Shown: positions 48,290-59,251 of the stretch, one piece after another
Layout of the letters: every line of letters begins with the position of its first letter
Position numbering within the stretch: position 1 is the first letter of the stretch
Origin: Carcharhinus longimanus
Lineage: Eukaryota
NCBI GenBank assembly: GCA_030264375.1
Contig: JASCQW010000109.1
Location: 68,909,351 to 68,973,350, forward strand
Length of the DNA: 64,000 nucleotides
Direction of reading: 5' to 3'
Translations under genes and position numbers: made by a program
The notes under the pieces: generated by a model
The model's input: the letters and a program-made list of their open reading frames with translations, nothing else
Told to the model about the DNA's origin: nothing
Databases searched by the model: none

Positions 48290-49290
48290 CCGCATTCGGA
48301 ACTCGCCAATAACTTTGGTCTTCATATTCTGCGGGGCCATCTCTCCAAGTGGAATGGATGGCCTAAGAATATGACTTGGGCTTTTGCAAATTCATCTTCA
48401 GTCAAGTTTACCATAAAATCGGCCTCCTGTAATCAAATGAACAATTCTTTTACATGTCCCAAATGACCCTTCCACGTTTGTTTGAAAACCATCAGGTTCT
48501 GCATGGTTAATTAGTCCATAAATGAGCAATTTGGTTAATCTTTGGAATGTCACTGGCACAGTCTTCATTCCAAATGGCATAATTTTAAATTGCTACAGAA
48601 TATTTGGCATCACACATGTCGAAATCGCCTTCACACTTCTGATAACGATACTTGTCAGTATCATTTAAGTAAGTAAAGTTTAGCAGTTCAACTGACTTGC
48701 CCCATCCTTTCAATGCAGACTTCCATTCGAGGAATAGGATGCAAATCTGACTTCGTAACTGCATTGACATTTCTATAGTCCATGCATTATGCAACATTTA
48801 GTTTTAGTAATACCACTGTGGGAGACGTCGACTCATTGCAACTTACTTTAATGAAATTGTTCTTACGCATAGTTCAACCCCTTTTGAACCTGTGCCAACT
48901 TTAGTAGATTCAGCCTATGCGGAAGTTGCTTAATGGGAACAGCATTTCCTACATCTACATCATGAACAATTACTTCGATCCTTCCCAGTTAATTCCTAGA
49001 TGCAGTACTATGGGATTACAATAACTCTTCCAGGTTATTTCAATCTTCTTCTGGAAAGTAACTCAGTAATTTATCCCAAATACTGATTACTTCCTCATTG
49101 CCAAATCTAATTTGCAGAATGTCAAATTCAGAATAATCTTGATCTGTTTCTTCACACCTAGTTGTAGTAATTAACACATTCCCTTTCTGTTTTGCTTCCC
49201 TTTAAAAATAACATTTGCACACATTAACATGAGAGACTCTGTGCGTCTCCTGTCCATCTGGTGTCCTTTTCAAATTATTCACCTTACTTA
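48290..49290 (-). mobile_element. Ty3/Gypsy LTR retrotransposon pol remnant
   Basis: Minus ORF 48398 MPFGMKTVPVTFQRL (Gypsy RT MPFGxKNAPATFQR); upstream gatgtagatgtaggaaatgctgttcccattaagcaacttccgcataggctg resembles DVDVGNAVPIKQxPxRL. Confidence 0.75.
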
Positions 49291-50769
49291 GTTTAAGAAC
49301 ATAAGAACATAAGAAATAGGAGCAGGAGTAAGCCATCTAGCCCTTCGAGCCTGCCCCGCCATTCAATANNNNNNNNNNNNNNNNNNNNNNNNNNNNNNNN
49401 NNNNNNNNNNNNNNNNNNNNNNNNNNNNNNNNNNNNNNNNNNNNNNNNNNNNNNNNNNNNNNNNNNNNNNNNNNNNNNNNNNNNNNNNNNNNNNNNNNNN
49501 NNNNNNNNNNNNNNNNNNNNNNNNNNNNNNNNNNNNNNNNNNNNNNNNNNNNNNNNNNNNNNNNNNNNNNNNNNNNNNNNNNNNNNNNNNNNNNNNNNNN
49601 NNNNNNNNNNNNNNNNNNNNNNNNNNNNNNNNNNNNNNNNNNNNNNNNNNNNNNNNNNNNNNNNNNNNNNNNNNNNNNNNNNNNNNNNNNNNNNNNNNNN
49701 NNNNNNNNNNNNNNNNNNNNNNNNNNNNNNNNNNNNNNNNNNNNNNNNNNNNNNNNNNNNNNNNNNNNNNNNNNNNNNNNNNNNNNNNNNNNNNNNNNNN
49801 NNNNNNNNNNNNNNNNNNNNNNNNNNNNNNNNNNNNNNNNNNNNNNNNNNNNNNNNNNNNNNNNNNNNNNNNNNNNNNNNNNNNNNNNNNNNNNNNNNNN
49901 NNNNNNNNNNNNNNNNNNNNNNNNNNNNNNNNNNNNNNNNNNNNNNNNNNNNNNNNNNNNNNNNNNNNNNNNNNNNNNNNNNNNNNNNNNNNNNNNNNNN
50001 NNNNNGTAAAAATTAATTCTGGTATCCTTGAATGGCAATAACAATATTAATATCAATGAGGCAAAAATGTCCAGATGCTGATGACAAAGCTATTGCAAAT
50101 TTTGATTTAGTTCCTTAAATGTTAGACGGCACATAAAGTTCAGAGAGAACAGGTTTCCTTACTCTAACCAAGCTAAAAGATGAAGAACTGTGTTTATCAT
50201 CATGTAGTCGGTTTATTTTGTTTTTGGCAACACGTGGAATATCTAAACGTTCACCTTCCTAAATGTTGTCAGAGATACCATAGAAAGAAACGTTTGTATT
50301 TAATTAATTGTTTTCCCTCTCGAATTAACACTAACACAATTGATTTTTAACAGCTGTAAGGTATGATGCTGATTCCATTTGCGAGATCTTCATTTTTGAG
50401 AGAGCGTCCAAAAAGCGTGAATGAGTTATGCACAACGACGCATGTTCAAGAATCAGTCTTAACACCTAAATTTCAATGCTTATAATCATATATAAGAATG
50501 TTACATAAAGTATCTAGGTGCGAAATTTTCCTGAACTCAAAACATGTCCCTCTTACTGGGGTGAAAAACCAAGAAAGTACCATTGACCTAAATGTCTGCG
50601 TTTAAGAATTTGAGGGATCAAATTTTGAAGGATCTGCTAAATTAAAGCGTAGTGACAAGGGGAGTGAGAAATATATCAATATAGGAAATGATAAATAAGA
50701 TTGGCACGATGGATAGAAAATGCAACAGTAAATCAACAGATAAAGCCAATGCTTACAAAAAATATAAAA

Positions 50770-52940
50770 GGATAAATATACAGTATCTCACTGCACGCAA
50801 CAATCAACACAGCATATATGAACTGGTACCGCAAGTAGAAAAGAATGTGACCTAATAATCATGAGACACATGGCAGGAGAATGACATAGTTTGGCCCTGA
50901 CTATGGAAAGATACATGGCAGTAGGGAAACAAAGCCAGAAAAATGTGGAGGGCTGGTTATGTTAAATAATGATTGTATTCACACAACAGAGAAGGGTATA
51001 TTAATTTTAAGTAATCAGGATTTGGAGGCAGTTTGGGTAAAAATGAGGAATGGTAAAGACAGAAATTCCGTCATGGGAGTGCTGTACAGCCCCCTTAACA
51101 ACACGAGAGGACGCAATATATACAAGAAGTCGTGAGGGTTTGTCAGAAAGGTAAGGCAACTGTGGGGGAACTAATTTTACATATAGATTGGAATAACAAA
51201 ACAGATGACCAAAGATAGCCTGGATGAGATCATAGAATGACTTTTGGATAATTTTTAGGGCAGCACATTTTGCATACAACCAAATAACAGGCTATACAAG
51301 CCTTAGTGATGTATAACAAAAGAGAGTGAATGACTTACCTCATAGTAAAGGCGCCCTAAGATACCAACTTTCATGTTTTGGTTGAGTCCTAACATTAAGG
51401 TGGAGAGAGAGAAAAGTGGACGCAAGGCTAGAATTTTAAACTTAAATATGGACAATTACGCAGGGATATAAACAGCGGCAGCTAAATTAATCTTGCTAAT
51501 TCTGTTACCGGATAGGTCAATAGAGATGCTGCGATCAGCCATTAAGGTAGCATTTTGGAAAATGTAGAATAGATAAATTCCAAGGAGAAATAAAAATTCA
51601 AGGAGAGGAACGACCACTCCTTTTTAGCCAACGAAGCTAAAGATATCATCAACTGAAAGAACAGGTACATACTTGTGCAATGTTAGGTGGTAAGTCAGAA
51701 GATGGCGCAGAGTATTAAAGAGACCAAATAATTATTAAAAAGTTAACAAGGCAGGACAAATTAGAGTACCGGAGGAGGTAGATAGAAATATAAAAGTAGA
51801 GTATGAATTTCAGTATATATATTTTTTTTCTCAAAGTAAATCATTGAGAAAGTATTCTTTGGTCCCTTTTAATAAGAGGCTGGGTAATTAATAATGGAAA
51901 ATGAGATGGACGAGGAATTGAACAGATGTTTTGCACCAGTCTTCACTAAAGAGAATAAAAGTAACATCTCAGAATTCGTTGTAAATCAGGAAATGGAAAG
52001 GAGAGAGAAGCTCAAAAAGATTACAACGACCAAGGAATTTGTACTGAGGAAATTTTGGAGCTGCAGCCTAACAAATCCCCAGTTCAAGATGAATTTCATC
52101 ATAGAAAAAACAACGAATGATATAGTTGATGCATTGGTTGTAATTTTCGACAATTACTTAGATTTGGTCAATGTTCCTTTAGATTCGAAAATAACTTATG
52201 TAACTCCTGAATTCACAAAATGAAGATGGCAGAAAGCAGGGATCTGGAGGCTAATTGGCTGTAGGTCAGTCAAAGGGAAGATATTGGAAGCTATTATTAA
52301 TGATGTTACAGTAGGATGCTTAGAACTCTTCAAGATAATGAAATGGATTCAAATGGGTTTGTGCAGAGGAAATCATATTGAATCAAATTATCGGAATTAT
52401 TTGTGGAAGTAACATCTGCTGAAAATAAAAGAGACCCAGTGATTATATGTGCCTAGATTTCCAGAAAAAAAAATGAAATGGTGCCACATCAAAGAATAAA
52501 GTTAAAGTTTACTTTCAGTTATACATAGGCTTATATTGCTACTGCAATGAAGTTACTGTGAAAACTTCCTGGTCGCCAAACTCTGGCGCTTATTTTGGTA
52601 CACCGAGGGAGAATTAGCATGGCCAACACACCTAACCAGGCCAGACTATAGGAGGAAACTGGAACACCCAGACGAAACCCACACAGATAGGGGAAAAACG
52701 TGCAGACTCCGCACAGAGAGTGACTGAAGCCGGGAATCAAACGGTGCTGTGAGGCAGCTGTCCTAACCACTGTGCCACCGCGCCACGCTAATCGTGGAAA
52801 ACAAATGCTCATGGTGGAGAGGCAACATATTAGCGTGGACTAAAGCTCGTCTGGTTAACAAAAAGTGGCTTAAATGTATGATTTTCAGATTGTCAATATG
52901 TATCAAACTGCAGGGTTCAATGCTGGGGCCTTAACACTGC
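50770..52940 (+). mobile_element. Old CR1 LINE (endonuclease to RT), interrupted by a SINE
   Basis: ggagtgctgtacagccccc (GVxYRPP-like); ORF 51894 MDEELNRCFAPVFTKEN..VPLDSKITYVTPEF; cagggttcaatgctggggcc (QGSxLGP). Confidence 0.7.
52505..52788 (-). mobile_element. V-SINE, tail type B
   Basis: actgcaatgaagttactgtgaaa..gaattagcatggccaa..tgctgtgaggcagc..cctaaccactgtgccacc; matches 15192-15480. Confidence 0.8.
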
Positions 52941-53329
52941 ATCAAAATCTTTCACAAAATCCCATCTGCACCCCATGTCAAAATGACTCTAGTCCAATTA
53001 GACGAATGCCTTAGGTTTCCCAAAAGCCAGATCTGCGCTGATGTTACTCGAGTTAAGACAGTTCTGATTGTCACAAAAACACAGACCCCCAAGAACACCA
53101 AATAGAATTCTTCAACCTATTTACTGCTAAGAACAAATTAGGTGAAACTTTACTTTTTAGCAAGTTAAATGTCCGAGTTTGGTGAATTGGAATGTTAAAC
53201 TATGTAAAATATGCACCACTGACACAGGGCAATTTCAACTCCAGGACATAAACTCAAAATCAAGGATTACCACATAATGTGGTATTGAGACCACTACAGT
53301 GTCTGATATGTTCACATTTATGTGGGACA

Positions 53330-53505
53330 TCAAACCACTGTCCCACCTTCCATCTCAGGTGGCTGTTAAAGATTTCCAGGCCATATTTCGAAGAGGTCCA
53401 GTGGAGTTATCCTTGGTGTCCTTCCAATATATATTCCTCCACTAACACCAGACAAGTAGTTAATAGATCATGATCACATTGTTGTGTTTGGAGGTTTGCC
53501 CTGGA
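53330..53505 (+). mobile_element. Deu-domain SINE fragment (SacSINE1/AmnSINE1-like)
   Basis: ctcaggtggctgttaaagatttccaggccatatttcgaagagg..gagttatccttggtgtccttccaatatatattcctc..atcacattgttgtgtttggagg resembles the Deu central domain as recalled. Confidence 0.55.
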
Positions 53506-53559
53506 AGCCAGGCGAATGCCAATAGGAAACAAGTGGAAAGCACTTCACAGTTGGAGTAA

Positions 53560-55170
53560 TACCGAACACAAAGGAAGACAGTTCTGGTTATTAGAAACCA
53601 ATCAACTCAGGACCAGGAAATTACTGCAGGTGTTAATTACGGGTTTGTTCTGGGCCGAATCATCTTCCGTTGCTTCATCAATTACCTTCCGAAATTTTAT
53701 CGCAATTTATCGGATGTTTGTGAAGATTATACGTGTTCAGTACTGTTCCTGACTCTCCAGACACCGAAATAGGCTGTTTCCATATGCAACATTAAGTATA
53801 CAACATTTATAATTGGGCTGATTAGTGACAAATAGCATCCCGTTCACTAAATAGCCAGGCAATAACGATCTGCGAAAAGAGAAAACCGAACCATCTCTTT
53901 TCTGCATTCAATGGCATTACTATCGCTGAATCCCCAACCATCAACACTGTTGGTGTTAAAATTGGCCAGAAACTTAACTGAACTGGCCAACTAAAGCTTA
54001 AAGCTGCAAGACCATGTCAAAGAATTGGAATTCTGCACGAAGGAACTCCAATCTGGACTCTCCAATGCCTGCTCCCAGCTATAGGGTTCAACTCACGAAT
54101 GTAATGGAATAGTCTCCTTCACCTGCATGAGTGCATTTGCAGCAACAGTCTAGAGTTTCAGCATGATGCAGTTCCCAGCGACTGGGCAATTTGGCATTCA
54201 TGCACCACTTTAAGAACTATTGATGTACTTATGAAGCTGTGATATCACCACTCCAATGAATGGATCCAATGAATAATGAATGCTTATCATGAAGGAATGT
54301 CTAGGCATTTTGACATTCAAATCCCTAGTTTAGAAAATGGCGTGCTCCTATCCAGCTATAACAACACGAACTGCCACCTTGATATTGTGCCATAAACTGG
54401 CATAGTCTGTGTCGACTGGGTGACTGCTTTGTGGAACACTGATAGTTCATTTAAAAAGATGACCCTAACCTTCTGGTCACTTGCCACTTCTACTCACCAT
54501 CTTGCTCTTATAACCACATGTCTGTCCAAGACACGCTGCAATGGTCGAGTGAAAGTCAACACAAAGTGAAGAACACGACCCCATCTTCAGATTGGGCATG
54601 TTGCTTCCTTATGGATGCAACACTGAGTTCAGCAACTTTAGACTGTGAACTTTTCCCTCTGTCTGAACCTCCCTTTTTTTGTATTTTATTGACATTTCTC
54701 TCCACAGATGCTGCAAAAGCTGCAGTGTTTATCCACCATTATCTGTTTCCATGTCAATCTGTGATCGATTCCTTCCCAGATCTTGTATCCTTCCCAGAAA
54801 CATCCATTTTTCTACCAGAAGCAGACATTTGATCCTGCACCTTTACAAGGAGCAGCTCAACAACTTTCTAAATCTGTTTTCAAAATCTGTACCTCTACCA
54901 GTAAGAGTACCAATACCAGTATAAGGGCAATAAACGCATGGGAACACCACCTTCTTTAAGATTCCATTCACCCTACATTCCTCTCTGAGCGGAGACATAT
55001 TTATGTTCCTTCACTGTCAGTTGGGTCAAAATGCTGGAAATTCCTTCCGAACTGAACTGTAGGTCTACAGACAGCAACTGGAGTGCACCGATTCAAGAAT
55101 GCAGCTCACCTCCACCTTGTCAAGAATAATGGGAATGAGCACTAAATTCTTACTTTTCTGCGACTCTTAC
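53560..55170 (+). mobile_element. CR1-type LINE (family of 14335-15145) split by a Penelope-like insertion
   Basis: 53810-54150 aligns with 14340-14700; 54900-55165 aligns with 14870-15140. Confidence 0.65.
54440..54755 (+). mobile_element. Penelope-like element GIY-YIG C-terminus and terminal repeat remnant
   Basis: LQWSSESQHKV..(frameshift)IFRLGMLLPYGCNTEFSNFRL* resembles the PLE endonuclease end (IFRLGTLxPxGLNxEF); followed by tttctctccacagatgctgc. Confidence 0.6.
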
Positions 55171-55813
55171 ACCCCACGATTGAATTGAAAAACAATTTAT
55201 TTAATCTTCCTGATTTGATTACTTCATGGAATTTCTGATCGCCTCCCAATGTCTGCCCCATAGATGTAAAAAGAAGGTTGTGCGCTATGGTATTATCGTT
55301 AGACTATTAATCCAGAAAATCGCAAATTCCATCAGCAAAGTGCCCAGTTTTGTGAAATAGGGCCCGAAAATGTTCGATATATATGCCTTTGTTAAAAGTG
55401 ATAAAGAGTTAACGTAACAGGTAGTGTTCTTTCATCACAATTGTCTAAGACCGAAATTTCCAATTGGAAAGTTTGTTGCTGTTTCACTTTTCATGGATGT
55501 AACCAGATTTGTTGATTATTTCCAGCAATTTCTGTTTAGATTCTGTTTCGATTCCAGCATCCGCAGTATTTGTGCTTTCGACACCCGTTGACTATAATTA
55601 TTGCAAAACTGTAATAGTCATTAAAATTACGCGCTCGGAGTATGCACTGAAAATTATTTTTATTTAAATGCGCAAACTCCTTACGTATATCGCCAAATTT
55701 ATTCAGCCTTCCAGTGAGACAAATTTAATCAGACTTTTCACAACAGCATAACACAACGATTGCTCACCCATGTGAGGCGTAAATAAAGGGTGACTGCATC
55801 CATAAAGGGACAA

Positions 55814-56300
55814 GGGCGGCATGGTGGCACAATGATTAGTACAGCTGCCTCACAGCGCCAGGGACCTGGGATCGATGCCCCCTTTGGGTGACTGCATGGA
55901 GTTTGCACATTCTCCCGATCCCTGCGTGGGTTTCCTCCGGGTGCTCCGACTTCCTCCCACATTCCAAAGATGTGTGGGTTAGGTGGATTGACCATGCTAA
56001 AATTGCCCCTTAGTGTCCTGAGATGCATTGGTTAAAAGGCTTAGCGGGTAAATATGTAGGGATATGACATAGGGCCTTGGTGAGATTGTGGTTGGTACAG
56101 ACTCGATTGGCCGAATGGCTTCTTGCTCCACTGTAGATTGCCTATGATTTATGATTCTATCATAAATTGCCCCTTAGCATCAGAGGGACTAGCAGGGTAA
56201 ATGCATGGGGTTTTGGGAATAGACACTGGGTGGGATTATGGCCGGTGTAGACTTGATGGGCCGAAATGCCTTCTTCTGCAGCGTAGGATTCTATGATTCT
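55814..56300 (+). mobile_element. HE1-like V-SINE (type A) plus a second tandem tail-only copy
   Basis: Full SINE 55814-56160, then a second copy from aaattgccccttag to gattctatgattct at 56161-56300. Confidence 0.85.
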
Positions 56301-56538
56301 AAGTAATACTGAGCAGCAATAACCTACATGTTACCGGTAAGATTTCATAATTACAATATGGATCGTGAACGTCTATTAATGATGTGCAAAATGCTACCGC
56401 AAGGAGCTTCAGTCGTTTTGCTGCTACATAATTTACACCGACTTTTTTTTTAACTGCAGGATGTCTGTGTTTTTAAGGGAATTTTATATTACTCACTTCT
56501 GATCCTTCAGTTTCCTTATATAGTCCCCAAACCGTCTC

Positions 56539-56627
56539 GCTTTAAGAACAATTGCTGCAGTTATTGGTTGAGTCTGTTCGTGTCGCTGTCTACCAATAAG
56601 AAACGGGTACGCTGCCAGGGATCTACC
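56539..56627 (+). promoter_or_regulatory. Pcdh promoter with CSE/CGCT box (putative CTCF site)
   Basis: GCTTTAAG 56539, TGCAG 56556, ATTGG 56563, CGCT 56584, CCAAT 56593, GATCTACC 56620. Confidence 0.88.
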
Positions 56628-56857
56628 TCTTTCTCCGGCCCAGGAAACAGATCAGAAGCGAAGACACAGACGATGCCTGCGTTTATGCTGGGCGGTCATT
56701 TTTAGCAAAGCTCCTCTGGTCTAATTTTTGCCTTCCTCCGTTTCTTATTTGTATACGATTTTTTAAAATCAAATAGTGTTGTCGTGTAAGAGACAACTTA
56801 GCAGAATCGATTGGACAATTTAAATTTTGCAAAAAAAAAACCTTCCGCACGAGAACA

Positions 56858-59251
56858 ATGGCCTCAATGAGCTGCGGTGTACTGTTCATTTTTCTGTTCT
56901 GTCTGTCGGACCTGGTTTCAGGACAAATTCGCTACTCGATTCCCGAGGAGCAGGAGCACGGGGCCTTTGTTGGGAACATCGCTGAGAATTTGAGATTACA
57001 TATTTGGGAATTATCGGCTCGTAAATTTCGCCTGGCCTCCGAAGAAAGGAAGCAATACATTGAGGTAAATCTGGAAAATGGGGTTTTATTTGTTAATGAA
57101 CGGATCGACAGAGAACAGCTTTGTCGACAAAGCCCTGCCTGTTCCTTTTCGTTGCAAGTCGTCCTCGATAAACCTATGGAAATACATCCTGTTGAAGTGG
57201 AAATATTAGATGTAAATGATAATTCACCCAAATTTCCGAATAGCGAATTCTTCTTGCAGATCAGTGAGTCAATTTCGGCAGGTGCGCGCTTCCCTGTCGA
57301 GAGCGCGCACGACCCGGACATCGGCACAAATGCAATCAGTACTTACCAGATCAGTCCAAATGAACATTTTGGCATCAGAGTTCAGACACGAAATGATGGA
57401 AGCAAAAGTGCTGAGCTGCTGTTAGAGAAAGCCTTGGACCGTGAACAGCAGTCAACCTTCAACCTTGTGCTGACTGCTGTTGATGGCGGTGAACCCCCGA
57501 GATCTGGCACAAGCCGGATTTCAATCACTGTCCTGGACGCGAATGATAACGCACCTATATTTGATCACGAAATATACAAATCCAGCGTCGCAGAAAATTC
57601 CCGCAAAGGGACGTTGGTGGCAACAGTCCACGCTGCTGATACAGATGAAGGTACCAATGCTGAACTGACCTATTCTTCCACCAGCCATGTTTCCCAGGGT
57701 ATTCGCGAATTGTTCAATTTAGACCCCAAAACTGGAGAAATAACAGTCCAAGGTGTACTGGATTTTGAAGAAGCAAGTGTTTACGAACTTGATGTAGAGG
57801 CCGTGGATAACGCTCCGCCTGGTGTGGCTGGACGGGCAAAAGTGATGGTTGGACTGATAGACACGAATGATAACATCCCCGAGATAGACGTGACTTTGGT
57901 GTCCAGCTCAGTGCCGGAAGATGCTCCTCCGGGGACTGTGATCGCTTTGGTCAGTGTTATGGATCCAGATTCTGGCGAATATGGGCACGTACAGTGTCAC
58001 ATTCCAAGGCAACTTCCATTCAAACTTCAAAAAACGTTGAAGAACAGCTACAAGTTGGTTACCAATGGTATTTTGGATCGTGAAGCATCCCCGACATACA
58101 ACATCTGTATTTCAGCCTGGGACGGGGGATTTCCCCCTCTTTCAACAAATACAACTCTTTTAGTTTCCGTTTCAGATATAAATGACAATGTGCCAAATTT
58201 CACACAATCCTTATATAACATATATCAGATGGAGAACAACACTCCAGGTGCTTCTATATTTGCTGTCGCAGCATTGGATTCAGATTTAGGCCGGAACGGT
58301 GAGATTCACTATTCAATTCTGGAGGCTCAGAATGAAGGAAGAGGCGGGACTGCTTACGTCTCCATCAATTCCAAACATGGGGACATTTACGCCCTGCGTT
58401 CCTTTAACTATGAACAGTTGAAGCACTTCCAGATCAAAGTTCAAGCCCAGGATATGGGATCTTCCCCGCTGAGCAGTACTGCCATTGTCAATGTTATAAT
58501 CTTGGATCAAAATGACAACGCACCGGTTATTGTCTCACCTTTAACCTGGAACAGTTCAGCATCAGTGGAGATTGGGCAGCAGTCAGTATTGCATCCAGGA
58601 TTTTTGGTGACCAAGATAATCGCGACCGATGCGGATTCCGGTCAGAATTCCCGGCTTTCCTATCAATCGATGGAGACCAATGGTTCCAATCTGTTCACTG
58701 TGGGCCTTCTCTCTGGGGAAATCAGAGCAAGACAACGTTTAAGGGAGCAAAGTATCAGCACAGCAAGATTGGTCGTCATCGTGAACGATAATGGACAGCC
58801 AAGCCTTTCCACCACGGTTACGATCTCATTTACCGTCTTGTCCAATGTAACAAAAAATTCTTCTGAACAAATTGATGAACCTGGTGCATCGAAGTATTTT
58901 TCGCATCTTAATGGTTATTTAATCGTTATATTGGGATCAACATCGGTTTTATTTCTTGTAACCATCATTTTCCTTGTCATGCTGAAGTTTAATCAAGGCA
59001 GAAATGTCGCTGAAGATCACAACTCTGCGGTTTGTTGTTACAGAAGACGGAATTTGAACGATGCCTTTAACCGGAGGTCTGCACCAAACGAACCATTTAA
59101 CTATGCCGAGTCTGCTCAGACTGAAGGTTATCACTATACCGTGTGTTTATCGCCAGAATCAGCGAAAAGTGATTTTCTGTTTTTAAAGCCCTGTAATCCT
59201 ACCTTGCCTTTCAATGACTTGGGTGTCCGGGATGCCAACACAAAAATATAG
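56858..59251 (+). CDS. Clustered protocadherin, single-exon ORF (797 aa)
   Basis: VSG/QIRYSIPEE, RIDREQLC, six EC repeats, TM, YTVCLSPESAKSDFLFLKPCNPTLPF. Confidence 0.95.
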   Translation: MASMSCGVLFIFLFCLSDLVSGQIRYSIPEEQEHGAFVGNIAENLRLHIWELSARKFRLASEERKQYIEVNLENGVLFVNERIDREQLCRQSPACSFSLQVVLDKPMEIHPVEVEILDVNDNSPKFPNSEFFLQISESISAGARFPVESAHDPDIGTNAISTYQISPNEHFGIRVQTRNDGSKSAELLLEKALDREQQSTFNLVLTAVDGGEPPRSGTSRISITVLDANDNAPIFDHEIYKSSVAENSRKGTLVATVHAADTDEGTNAELTYSSTSHVSQGIRELFNLDPKTGEITVQGVLDFEEASVYELDVEAVDNAPPGVAGRAKVMVGLIDTNDNIPEIDVTLVSSSVPEDAPPGTVIALVSVMDPDSGEYGHVQCHIPRQLPFKLQKTLKNSYKLVTNGILDREASPTYNICISAWDGGFPPLSTNTTLLVSVSDINDNVPNFTQSLYNIYQMENNTPGASIFAVAALDSDLGRNGEIHYSILEAQNEGRGGTAYVSINSKHGDIYALRSFNYEQLKHFQIKVQAQDMGSSPLSSTAIVNVIILDQNDNAPVIVSPLTWNSSASVEIGQQSVLHPGFLVTKIIATDADSGQNSRLSYQSMETNGSNLFTVGLLSGEIRARQRLREQSISTARLVVIVNDNGQPSLSTTVTISFTVLSNVTKNSSEQIDEPGASKYFSHLNGYLIVILGSTSVLFLVTIIFLVMLKFNQGRNVAEDHNSAVCCYRRRNLNDAFNRRSAPNEPFNYAESAQTEGYHYTVCLSPESAKSDFLFLKPCNPTLPFNDLGVRDANTKI

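Noticed and set aside
49337-50056. Long ORFs containing X runs (also 29432-29878, 62221-63126)
   Set aside because: Artefacts of translating through N gaps.
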